Source: an uncultured delta proteobacterium (GTDB lineage Bacteria > Desulfobacterota > Binatia > UBA9968). Taken from it: a stretch of DNA of 50,769 bases. The position numbers were made by a program, and so were the translations under genes. Location: positions 1 through 50,769 of the forward strand of contig CAWJBB010000076.1 in assembly GCA_963840855.1 (NCBI GenBank), read 5' to 3'. Shown piece after piece: positions 37,308-46,115 of this stretch; the stretch's first letter is position 1, and the number at the start of each line of letters is the position of its first letter. The notes below the pieces were generated by a model, which saw nothing but the letters and a program-made list of their open reading frames with translations, made no database searches and was not told the origin of the DNA.

Positions 37308-38189
37308 TCAGAACGGGACAGGCCAGCCGTAAAGTTTGGCTGGATTGTCAACGAGAATAAGTTTGCGGGTCTCGTCATCGGGCGCTGCCGCAAGCAAAAA
37401 ATCCAACAAGTCTCCATCGTTGGGCATGGGCACGCGCACGCCGCCGTGGGGCCAGTTGCTGCCCCAGATGACATGATCTGGCCGTGTTTGGATGATTGCC
37501 CGGATGACATCAACCATGTCGGCGTAATCGGGTGGGCCGGCTTTGGATAATTGATAGAAGCTGTAAAGATTGATCCAGGCGTGCTCTTCGTTCTTAAATA
37601 TTCCAAGCAGCTCTTTGAATTCATGATCGGCGGCATTTTGATGTGGTTCGGCATGGGCGACATGATCGAAGACATAGGGAATCTTGAGCCCGCTCAAGAA
37701 CGAGACAGCGCCGATAACTTCGGCTGTCGATTGCGACATGAACTCGACATGCCAATTGAAGCCCGAGGTCCGTGTGACCATGCGCCTGGTTTCGTCAAAT
37801 GACATCCCGCCTCTGCCGTCGGATTTGATGCGAAAGCCGGTAAAGCCGCCGTCTTTCAGCTTCAACAGTTCCGCATCGCCAATGGCCGGATCGAGCAGCG
37901 CAAGACCTTTGAACCTGCCGTTCATGCGACTTAGAGCGTCGAGTGTGATTTGATTGTTGGTCCCATTGCCGCTGCCGGTGACGATCACCGCGCGTTCCAA
38001 ACCGAGGGTAAAATGAACTTTGAGATAGTCATCGAGGGTCGAATGGGGATCCGGATCATAGCCGCGCTCAGCGACTAGCGGGTAGCGATCAAAGGGGCCG
38101 TACACGTGCAGATGGGTATCGCAGGCGCCGGGCGGCGCTTTGAGATTGGGCGTTCGAGTGTCAGGGTTGGGTGGTTGTACGGGACGCAT
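37308..38189 (-). CDS. Amidohydrolase, LigI/lactonase-isomerase-like
   Basis: PPGACDTHLHVYGP, LGLERAVIV, FDHVAH, IWGSNWPH and LVDNPAKLYG motifs. Confidence 0.9.
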   Translation of the reverse strand: MRPVQPPNPDTRTPNLKAPPGACDTHLHVYGPFDRYPLVAERGYDPDPHSTLDDYLKVHFTLGLERAVIVTGSGNGTNNQITLDALSRMNGRFKGLALLDPAIGDAELLKLKDGGFTGFRIKSDGRGGMSFDETRRMVTRTSGFNWHVEFMSQSTAEVIGAVSFLSGLKIPYVFDHVAHAEPHQNAADHEFKELLGIFKNEEHAWINLYSFYQLSKAGPPDYADMVDVIRAIIQTRPDHVIWGSNWPHGGVRVPMPNDGDLLDFLLAAAPDDETRKLILVDNPAKLYGWPVPF

Positions 38190-38370
38190 GATTTATATGT
38201 TTCAATTAATGGGCGCGCATAACGCAAGGTTACTTTAATGCAAAACGGCATGAAATATCCAGTTGACTGCCCGCCCTTGACGGTTGTTCTCGCTTTGCCC
38301 TATTTTGCTCGATACGGGGTTTGCATGGCCGTTTTCATCATGTATTGTCGGCGCTGAAAGGAGATGACCT

Positions 38371-39540
38371 ATGGGCGCTTCGTCAAATGCATTGCAGCTA
38401 TTTTTGCTGACCGCCGATCGCTTGCTGCGCTGCCGTTGGGATGGCCGGTCGGAAAACACGGAGATTCTCAATAGCGCGCTGGATGGTGAAACGGTTCGAG
38501 AGATAGCGCGGGACCCGGTAAATCCAAACAAGCTCTATGCCGCTACGCTCACCGAGATTCACGTCAGCGAAGACGGCGGCGCGAGCTGGCAGTGGCTGCC
38601 GTCGGGCGGCATCGATTATCGCGACATCTGGTCGATGGCGGTTCATCCCACCCGGCCGGACGAGCTTTACGTCGGAACACTGCCCGCCGCCGTCTACGTC
38701 AGTGAAAACGGCGGCCGGTCGTTTCGCGAGCTGTCGGCGTTCCGCGATCTGCCCGACTATGGTAACTGGACATTTCCTCCTCCTCCGCATGTCGCCCATA
38801 TTCGCTGCATCACGCTCGACGCGCGGGTGCCGGACGAAATCATCGTCGGCGTCGAAGAGGGCGGTGTGGCGCGCAGCCGCGACCGCGGCGCTAGGTGGGA
38901 AGACATCTGCGGAGCTTCGAGCGCCGAGGCGTTTCCAAAGGTCAATGACCCTGCGGGTATTTTACCTTATGAGATGGGCAAACATGAAAATGGCCGCGTC
39001 TATCGCGACGTGCACTGGGTAACGCGTCATCCGGCGAAATTAGACACGCTTTTCGCAAGCACCGGTATCGGCACCTATCGCACCGACGACGGCGGCAAGC
39101 ATTGGGAAAAGTGCGAGTACGGCATGGGGCGCGCTTATGCCATTCCCATGGCGAATCATGTGTCGGCCCCTGACCGGATTTTTCTCGGCGCCGCGGAAAA
39201 CGGACCGACATCGTGGAAGGGCTACCGCACCGTGCGCGCCGGGCCGTACAATACGATCAAGTTCAGCCGCGATACTTCGGCCCAGAGCGGGGGAGCAAAA
39301 ACGCAAATCCTGCGCAGCGATGACGCCGGCAAGTCCTGGAACTTCTTAAAAAACGGCTTGCCCGCGGGCTACGAGCACATGACCTGTGGTTTTGCGGCGC
39401 ATCCAGAAGATGGTAATACGCTTTGCGTTGCCTACACCGATGGTTCTATTTACGCGAGCAACGACGCGGGAGAAAGTTGGCGGAAACTAGTCCTGTCGGC
39501 GCCGAAGCTTTACGGTGTGCGCTTGATGGCCGCCGCATAA
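38371..39540 (+). CDS. BNR/Asp-box repeat beta-propeller protein
   Basis: Six S/T-x-D-x-G-x-x-W/F boxes (SEDGGASW, SENGGRSF, SRDRGARW, TDDGGKHW, SDDAGKSW, SNDAGESW); no signal peptide. Confidence 0.88.
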   Translation: MGASSNALQLFLLTADRLLRCRWDGRSENTEILNSALDGETVREIARDPVNPNKLYAATLTEIHVSEDGGASWQWLPSGGIDYRDIWSMAVHPTRPDELYVGTLPAAVYVSENGGRSFRELSAFRDLPDYGNWTFPPPPHVAHIRCITLDARVPDEIIVGVEEGGVARSRDRGARWEDICGASSAEAFPKVNDPAGILPYEMGKHENGRVYRDVHWVTRHPAKLDTLFASTGIGTYRTDDGGKHWEKCEYGMGRAYAIPMANHVSAPDRIFLGAAENGPTSWKGYRTVRAGPYNTIKFSRDTSAQSGGAKTQILRSDDAGKSWNFLKNGLPAGYEHMTCGFAAHPEDGNTLCVAYTDGSIYASNDAGESWRKLVLSAPKLYGVRLMAAA

Positions 39541-39546
39541 TAGGCG

Positions 39547-39622
39547 CGCGTTTAAGCCGTTCAAACCGTTGAAACCTCCGGAATCGATTTGAACGTCTTG
39601 AACTACTTGAACGTTTTGAACT
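39547..39622. repeat. 9-mer GTTCAA array hairpin element
   Basis: GTTTAAGCC GTTCAAACC GTTGAAACC TCCGGA ... TTGAACGTC TTGAACTAC TTGAACGTT TTGAAC. Confidence 0.8.
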
Positions 39623-39640
39623 TTACCAAGTGTTATCATA

Positions 39641-41260
39641 ATGGCTGATCTGCTCTCTCAATTGCTGACTCTCGTCGATAAGGGCACCGTCGAACAGCGC
39701 TGCGCCGCGCTGTTGGTTCTGGGCGCCTTGAAGCTCCGAAGCGCCCCGGCGGCCAAGAGCGCGGCCGCCGCCCTGGATCATGCCAACCCGGTGGTCAAAG
39801 ACTTTGCGTTTCGTTACTTCGAGGAGACCGAGCTCAAGGATTCCGTAGCTACGTTCCTGAAGTTTCTCGACGACCGCGACAAAGAAATTCAAGAGCGCAC
39901 GGTTCGTTTGCTGATAAAGACCGGCGCGGCGGCGGTACAGCTATTGGTCAAAGCCGCACCTGGGGCCTCCCGGGTCTGGCAACTCAACGCCGCGCGGGTG
40001 CTCTGCGCCGCGCGCAACAAGGCGGCGCTCAAAGGTCTATTGCAAATGCTTTCGACCGGCAACGATGAATTCAATAAATCCGTCTGCGATCTGTTGACGC
40101 CGGTGGTGCGCGAGATGGAGTCCAAAGAGCAGGAACAATTTTACGGCGAAGTGTCGGATTTCGCGGCCGAGCTCGATATCAAACAGCAACGGTCGGCCAT
40201 GGTGTCGGCCATGCGGCTCTTGGGCCAGCTCGGGCGCGCGCCGGCGCGCCGCTGGCTGTTTAAGTTTGTCGGGCCGGAACAGCCCTCCGTTATTCGCTCC
40301 CATGCCCTGGTGGCGCTGCTGCGCTGTCTGCGCGATCAGGAAATTCGCAAAGACGAATACGCCAAGCTTTTCCCGCTCCTGGAAGAAGCTGAATTTTCCG
40401 AAGTCACGCGCTTGGCGCTGGAGCTGCTCGATGCCCATGAGCTGCCCGATGACGCCCGCGCGCTGCTGTCAAAGCTGATGCACAGCACGCATACGGACGT
40501 GCAAAAGTTTGCCCTGCGCAAGATGGGCGAGGTCGGTACGCCGGCAACGGTGCGCACGCTGGTGGAGCAGTTGGGGGACGCGGATTACCGCAAGCGCGAC
40601 GTGGCGGCGAGCTCGCTGCGCAAGATCCCTGAGGCGCGCGCCGCTTTAATTAAAGAACTGGTGGCCTGTGACGACGCAAGCAAAGCGTGGAGCATTGCCG
40701 AGTTGCTGCCCTCCTTCGAGGGCAAGTGGCGCCAAGATACAGTCGACGCCCTGTGGAAGCGTTTTGAAAAGGCGGTGACGGCCGAGGATCGCATTCAGGC
40801 GGCCTTTCTGCACGCGCTCAAAAAGGCCGACGAAGACGAAGCTTACCAGCGGCTGGCGGAGCAGGCCGGGCGGTTGATAAAAGCGAAAAAGTACAGAGAG
40901 TCGCTGGGATTTTTGGCGCCCCTTAAAGATTTCCGCGGGTTCAAACCCGAGCACCGGTTTTACCTGGCGCTGGCGCAGTTAAAGCTCCATGCCCACACGC
41001 TGGCCACCAACCGGCACCATCCCGCCCTGGAAGCGCTCTGCGAGCTTTATCGCAACTCGGCGTATCCGCTGTTTGAGACGCTGAAAAAAGAAAAGAGTCT
41101 TGCGCCCGAAGAATTGTTTGCGCTCGGATTCGGCCTGGTCGAGCGCACCGGGAACGAACGCGACCTGGGTCGAGACCTCTTGGAATTTGTTGCCACCAAG
41201 TTTCCGCGCAATAAACCCGGTAAGAGCGCTAAGAACAAACTAAAACTGCTCGGCAGCTAA
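39641..41260 (+). CDS. HEAT-repeat protein with a TPR-like C-terminus
   Basis: 539 aa, all-helical pattern; FLDDRDKEIQERTVRLL, MHSTHTDVQKFALRKMG and LGDADYRKRDVAASSL repeats. Confidence 0.8.
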   Translation: MADLLSQLLTLVDKGTVEQRCAALLVLGALKLRSAPAAKSAAAALDHANPVVKDFAFRYFEETELKDSVATFLKFLDDRDKEIQERTVRLLIKTGAAAVQLLVKAAPGASRVWQLNAARVLCAARNKAALKGLLQMLSTGNDEFNKSVCDLLTPVVREMESKEQEQFYGEVSDFAAELDIKQQRSAMVSAMRLLGQLGRAPARRWLFKFVGPEQPSVIRSHALVALLRCLRDQEIRKDEYAKLFPLLEEAEFSEVTRLALELLDAHELPDDARALLSKLMHSTHTDVQKFALRKMGEVGTPATVRTLVEQLGDADYRKRDVAASSLRKIPEARAALIKELVACDDASKAWSIAELLPSFEGKWRQDTVDALWKRFEKAVTAEDRIQAAFLHALKKADEDEAYQRLAEQAGRLIKAKKYRESLGFLAPLKDFRGFKPEHRFYLALAQLKLHAHTLATNRHHPALEALCELYRNSAYPLFETLKKEKSLAPEELFALGFGLVERTGNERDLGRDLLEFVATKFPRNKPGKSAKNKLKLLGS

Positions 41261-41280
41261 CGACGGCTGTGCCGTCGTTA
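41258..41280. terminator. Perfect hairpin at the HEAT gene stop, between convergent genes
   Basis: TAACGACGGC-TGT-GCCGTCGTTA. Confidence 0.55.
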
Positions 41281-41409
41281 GGTTCAGTTCAAGGTTCAAA
41301 GTCAAGTTCTCGGATCGGATTCGATGCGAACTTGCGAATGCTGTTCGAGAGCTTGAATCAAGTCGTGAGGGATAGGACTTTTGAACATTGAACTTTGAAC
41401 GTTGAACTG
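41281..41409. repeat. GTTCAAN heptamer-array element with a spacer of about 70 bp
   Basis: GTTCA GTTCAAG GTTCAAA ... TTTGAAC ATTGAAC TTTGAAC GTTGAAC. Confidence 0.8.
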
Positions 41410-41417
41410 CGCGGCGC

Positions 41418-42281
41418 CTAAGGGATTCGCCGGGCGAGCCAGTTGAGCGTCTCTTTACCGGCTTCTGCTTTGCCCTCGATCTTATCGCCTTCGACTTTGC
41501 CGGCGAGTTGATAACGGGTCGTTCCGAGGGTTAGGCCAAAGCTAATTTCATTGCCCCTGAGCGTCGGCTTTTCAACTATCATAGATTTGCCGGCGCCCGC
41601 TGCGGTGGCGTTGAGCATCTGATATTCCTGATCGAAGGTAATGCTTAGCTCTTGAGTTTTGCCCCCGGTGTCGAAAAACAGCCGCCACGATCCTTTGACC
41701 GCCGCCGGGACGATCCACAGATAAAGATAGGCCTTGTCTGTGCCGTTGGCTTCCACTTTCTCCGGAACCGTGAGCGTAATCATCCGGTCGGGACGCCACT
41801 CGTCCATGTAATAATCATGGGCCACCACCCGGGCGCCCGGTCGCAGCTCGGTCAGGACTTTGGATCGTAGCTTGGCCATAAAATCCGGCAGCACGTAGAG
41901 CATCAGCACGCTGGCCTTGCTGATGTCGGTCTTAAACATATCGCGCTCGAAAAACCGCGCGTGGTCAGCCACGCCCGCCTCTTTGGCGGTTTTGTTGCTC
42001 AGCGCGACGAGCCTAGGGTCGATGTCGACGCCGAAGCCGTTGGCTTTGTATTGTTTGGCCGCGGTGATGACGATCCGGCCATCGCCGGAGCCAAGATCGA
42101 CGACGAAATCATCGGCCGCGACGCCGGCGAGCTTGATCATTTCATCCACGACGATCTGCGGCGTTGGAACGTAAGGCAACTTGCTGAGTTCTTGGCCTCC
42201 GGCCGTGACGGCGGAGTAGAGAAGCAAGGCGACGATTAATGATGAACAGCCGATGATCGGCATTCGCGATTTTTTCGCCAT
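41418..42281 (-). CDS. Class I SAM-dependent methyltransferase with a signal peptide and a C-terminal beta domain
   Basis: PYVPTP, VDLGSGDGRIV, GVDID and LRPGARVVAHDY motifs; hydrophobic N-terminus. Confidence 0.88.
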   Translation of the reverse strand: MAKKSRMPIIGCSSLIVALLLYSAVTAGGQELSKLPYVPTPQIVVDEMIKLAGVAADDFVVDLGSGDGRIVITAAKQYKANGFGVDIDPRLVALSNKTAKEAGVADHARFFERDMFKTDISKASVLMLYVLPDFMAKLRSKVLTELRPGARVVAHDYYMDEWRPDRMITLTVPEKVEANGTDKAYLYLWIVPAAVKGSWRLFFDTGGKTQELSITFDQEYQMLNATAAGAGKSMIVEKPTLRGNEISFGLTLGTTRYQLAGKVEGDKIEGKAEAGKETLNWLARRIP

Positions 42282-42303
42282 GGTCCGTTTTCGATATTCT
42301 TCC

Positions 42304-43146
42304 TCACCATCGCGCGCCGGCGGTGAGTTCCCACCAGTTGCGATCCAGGTCGCTAAAGATGAAGCTGGTATTGCCGCCGGCTCGCTCCAAGTTCCCGACG
42401 TCCGTGATGCCGAGAGTTCGGCCCTCGGCGGCAAATTTGCCGTGGGCCTCCTCGACCTCGGCGGGGGAGCCCACCTCTAACGTAAACCGGTTAACCGGCG
42501 CGAGATATTGGCGCGGGCTGCGCTGCAAGACGACGATGTACCAAGGGGTCGAAGTATGTTTGATGTATTGAGCCTTGTTGAAACCGGCGGCGATTTGCAG
42601 GCCCAGGATCTCGGTGTAGAAACGGCGGCTCGCCTCCGTGTCATCGCACTGGAGAGTGCCGTGAGTGAACGCCTGCGGAATATAGCCGCGGCCGGAAAAG
42701 CGTTCGTTGGGGAGGGGTGTTTCCCAGTGGCCTGCCGTGTGCGAGCGGCCATGCAGCGCGCCGCCTGGATTGTAATATTCGATTTCCAGCGCATTGCCGC
42801 CGGGCTCCCGGAAATAGACCGAGTAAGCAAAGTGGGCCTGCTGCGGCTTGGTGATTTGCGTAAGGCGGTATTTTCCCTTGTTGGCTTCGAGATATTTCCA
42901 GGCGGCCTCGACTTCTTGGTGGCTGCCGACACGAAAGCCGTAATGGTTGTCGAAGGATTTCTCGGGAGCGTCGGGACCACCCTCGTGGACGACCAGGCGC
43001 CAGTCGGTATTGGGGTGTTTTACCGTCGCTTCGCCCGCGCTTTGCGCGATGACTTCCGCCGCTAACAGGTCGGTAAAAACCGGCAATGTTTCGGCCAGTG
43101 AGCGGCATTCGTAGTGGCCTTGGATCAGGCCCGTGGTCTTAAGCAT
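42304..43146 (-). CDS. Two-domain VOC (glyoxalase/bleomycin resistance/dioxygenase) family protein
   Basis: GHYEC, NHYGF and YFREPGGNALEIE; second domain THGTL..FYTEILGL..FSDLDRNWWE; GGAG RBS. Confidence 0.88.
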   Translation of the reverse strand: MLKTTGLIQGHYECRSLAETLPVFTDLLAAEVIAQSAGEATVKHPNTDWRLVVHEGGPDAPEKSFDNHYGFRVGSHQEVEAAWKYLEANKGKYRLTQITKPQQAHFAYSVYFREPGGNALEIEYYNPGGALHGRSHTAGHWETPLPNERFSGRGYIPQAFTHGTLQCDDTEASRRFYTEILGLQIAAGFNKAQYIKHTSTPWYIVVLQRSPRQYLAPVNRFTLEVGSPAEVEEAHGKFAAEGRTLGITDVGNLERAGGNTSFIFSDLDRNWWELTAGARW

Positions 43147-43355
43147 AGGACTCTCCGAATTCGGCAACGCCAAGCATCTCAACGGCGCGCGCCGGCGCTG
43201 CTAAAATCCCAATATCTCCCCAGGCGACGCAATGTCAACCGCCGCGCAATTGACGGATATCAAATCCGCAAATCAATCGGTTTGCGGGTCGGATGCGCGC
43301 CGTCATGGCATTTTTATCATCCTATGCTAATGTCGCGGAGGGAAAAGCATGTTCA

Positions 43356-44207
43356 ATGATTCGTGTTGTTGGCATAGTGGCGAAATACCAGGAGCCGAAA
43401 GCCGCAGAGATGGTGCGCTGGCTTATTCCCTGGTTGAAAAAGCGCAAACGCAAAGTGCTGGTGGAGAATGGGCTTGTGCGCGGCGGTGCCCAGTCATGCA
43501 CCAAAAAACAGCTGGCGGCGCGGGCCGACTTGATCATTTCGCTCGGCGGCGATGGGACGCTGCTCAATATCGCCCCGTTGGTGGAGCGGCCCGATGTGCC
43601 GATCCTGGGCGTGAATATGGGCGGCCTGGGATTTATTACGGAAGTTGCGGTGGATGAGCTCGAGGCGGTGCTCGCTAAGACCCTGGAGGGAGACTACGAA
43701 GTCGAACACCGCATGACTTTGGAAATCCGCGTTCAAAGCGATAAGGGCAAAGGCCATCGGTTTCGCATCCTCAACGACGCGGTTATCGCTAAAGGCGCGC
43801 GCAGCCGGATTATCGATCTGGAAACCTACGTCGGTGACGATTACCTCTGTACTTACCGGGCCGATGGTTTGATCATCTCTACACCCACGGGCTCCACCGC
43901 CTATACCCTGGCAGCGGGCGGGCCGATTCTCGAGCCCGCCTTGGGCGCGGTGATCCTCACTCCGATATGCGCGCACACGTTGACCAACCGGCCCATCGTC
44001 GTGCCGAGCAAGGCGGCGATCCGCGTGACGCTGCGCTCTTTCGGCGACACGGTGATTCTTGTCCCCGACGGACAGCCGGGCGCACGGCTCAATAATGGCG
44101 ACATCGTCGAAGCGCGGGATTGCGGCCTGCCGGTTTCGCTGATCAAGCTGCCGTCGCGGAGCTATTATGAGATTCTCCGCAATAAGCTCAAATGGGGAGA
44201 GCGCTAA
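43356..44207 (+). CDS. nadK: NAD(+)/NADH kinase
   Basis: SLGGDGTLL, GVNMGGLGF, LNDAV and DGLIISTPTGSTAYTLAAGGP motifs; upstream of recN. Confidence 0.96.
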   Translation: MIRVVGIVAKYQEPKAAEMVRWLIPWLKKRKRKVLVENGLVRGGAQSCTKKQLAARADLIISLGGDGTLLNIAPLVERPDVPILGVNMGGLGFITEVAVDELEAVLAKTLEGDYEVEHRMTLEIRVQSDKGKGHRFRILNDAVIAKGARSRIIDLETYVGDDYLCTYRADGLIISTPTGSTAYTLAAGGPILEPALGAVILTPICAHTLTNRPIVVPSKAAIRVTLRSFGDTVILVPDGQPGARLNNGDIVEARDCGLPVSLIKLPSRSYYEILRNKLKWGER

Positions 44208-44219
44208 AATCGCGGTCCT

Positions 44220-45929
44220 ATGCTGCGCGAGCTGCGAATTAAAAATTTTGCCGTCATTGACGAATTGGCGCTGGAGCTTGGGCCAGGCTTGAATATTCTT
44301 ACCGGCGAGACCGGTGCTGGGAAATCGATCATTTTAAACGCCCTTGGTTTGATCTCCGGAGACCGCGTTACCTCCGACGTCATTCGGCATAACCAGGAGG
44401 AAGCGAGCGTTGAAGCCTTGTTTGAAGCGGTGCCGCCGTCAGTCAAAGACAAACTCGGCGGCGCGGGCATCGAAGTGGACGACGATTTGATCATCAAGCG
44501 GGTCGTCAGCCGCACGGGGAAAAATCGAGTTTATCTAGGCGGTAGTCTCTGTCCGCTAAATTTGCTTTCGGAGATCGGCGCTTCAATAGTGCGTATTTAC
44601 GGCCAGCACGAGCACCACACGCTGCTCAAGCCCGAAAACCATGTCGAACTGCTCGACGCCTTTGGAGGGCTGGCCGCAGTCGTCCATTCCATGGGCGAAA
44701 AATTTTCGGCATTCGCGGCCGCGTGGGAAGCGCTGAAATGCGCCCGGGAAGAGCTCGAACGGCGCAAGAACGAACGGGGTTTGCTAGAAGCCAAAGTCGA
44801 GGAGATTGCCACTGCCCGTTTGCGGCCCGAGGAAGAAATGGAGCTGCGGGCAAAGAAAAATATTCTCATCCACGCCGAGAAACTCTACCAGGGATGCCGA
44901 GAGGGCGAAGAGCTGCTCTATGAAGGGGACAACGCCTTGGTGGCGCCTCTTGGACGATACGGCAACAAGCTGCGCGAGCTGGCGCAGATCGACAGCGCCT
45001 TGGCCGGTGCCGCAGAATTGGTGCAAGGCGCGCTGGCGCAACTGGAAGAGGCCAGTATGGAATTGCGCCGCTACGCCGAGAGGATGCACTTCGAGCCCGG
45101 CGCGCTCGAACAACTGGAAGACCGGCTGGCCGAAGTTCAGCGGCTCAAGCGAAAATATAATGCCGGCGTCGAGGATATCCTGCGCATGCAAGCGGAAGCT
45201 GAAGCAGAGCTAATGGCGCTGGACCGGGGCGAAGGGGAAATATCCGAGTTGGAACGCGCCTTCGAAACGGCGCGGCAAAAGGCTTGGCAGGCGGCCGGGG
45301 TTTTGTCGATGGAGCGGCAAAAGGTCGCCAAGCGCTTTAAGCGAGAGATGGAAAAAGAAGTCAAGACCCTGGGGATGCCGCAGACGGAGTTTGAGGTTCG
45401 ATTCCTGGAGCCGGAAGACAAAGAAGATGCCCCACCGTTCCATGTAGGAGGAAAGAGGATTTCAGCCAATGGCGTCGACGACGTCGAATTCTTTTTTTCG
45501 CCAAATCCCGGCGAGCCGCCCAAACCTCTCGCCAGGATTGCCTCTGGCGGCGAGCTTTCGCGTTTGATGCTGGCGATCAAATCGCTGGTCCTTGGTCCCG
45601 GTGATATTCCCACGCTTTTGTTCGATGAAGTGGACGCAGGCATCGGCGGCGGTGTGGCCGAGATCGTCGGCAAAAAGCTCAAAACAGTGGCCGCCGCACA
45701 CCAGGTAATTTGTGTCACGCATCTGCCGCAGATCGCGGCGCTGGCTGACTCCCATCACGCGGTCATTAAAGAGGTGGTCAAAGGGCACACTGTGACCAGA
45801 GTCAAAGAGCTTAACGACGAGGAGCGCGTCGATGAAGTTGCGCGCATGCTCGGCGGCATCAAAATCACCGACAAGACCCGCAAGCACGCCGAAGAGATGG
45901 TTAGGGGAAATATGAAGGCTGAAGTTTGA
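44220..45929 (+). CDS. recN: DNA repair protein RecN
   Basis: LTGETGAGKS, IYGQHEH, coiled coil, ASGGELSR, FDEVDAGIGG and VTHLPQIAA motifs. Confidence 0.97.
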   Translation: MLRELRIKNFAVIDELALELGPGLNILTGETGAGKSIILNALGLISGDRVTSDVIRHNQEEASVEALFEAVPPSVKDKLGGAGIEVDDDLIIKRVVSRTGKNRVYLGGSLCPLNLLSEIGASIVRIYGQHEHHTLLKPENHVELLDAFGGLAAVVHSMGEKFSAFAAAWEALKCAREELERRKNERGLLEAKVEEIATARLRPEEEMELRAKKNILIHAEKLYQGCREGEELLYEGDNALVAPLGRYGNKLRELAQIDSALAGAAELVQGALAQLEEASMELRRYAERMHFEPGALEQLEDRLAEVQRLKRKYNAGVEDILRMQAEAEAELMALDRGEGEISELERAFETARQKAWQAAGVLSMERQKVAKRFKREMEKEVKTLGMPQTEFEVRFLEPEDKEDAPPFHVGGKRISANGVDDVEFFFSPNPGEPPKPLARIASGGELSRLMLAIKSLVLGPGDIPTLLFDEVDAGIGGGVAEIVGKKLKTVAAAHQVICVTHLPQIAALADSHHAVIKEVVKGHTVTRVKELNDEERVDEVARMLGGIKITDKTRKHAEEMVRGNMKAEV

Positions 45930-46115
45930 GTACGACTAGCGACGGACGCTCAGTCTCCGAAGCGCGTGATTTTGCCTTCAACGTCTTATTGAAACCGTCG
46001 TCGACCGCCAAAGACCACACCCAAACTCAGCCCGCAGCGCATACGCAAGCTCTCATGCCTTCCTCTTGTCGAGGCGACGAAACCCTGTATTCTGGAAAAC
46101 GGAAACACTCTGTAG

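Noticed and set aside
36590-37675. 361-aa minus-strand ORF with an FFFFF run
   Set aside because: A mosaic of off-frame and in-frame pieces of the two amidohydrolase copies read across the homopolymer.
4431-41409. GTTCAA/TTGAAC arrays as CRISPR repeats
   Set aside because: Units are 7-9 bp tandem repeats forming inverted arms, not 23-47 bp repeats with regular unique spacers; no cas genes are present.
45926-46115. Possible small gene or remnant between recN and the protease
   Set aside because: The minus-strand RBS and ATG near 46057 give only nine codons; the plus-strand 198-aa ORF is mostly antisense to the protease.
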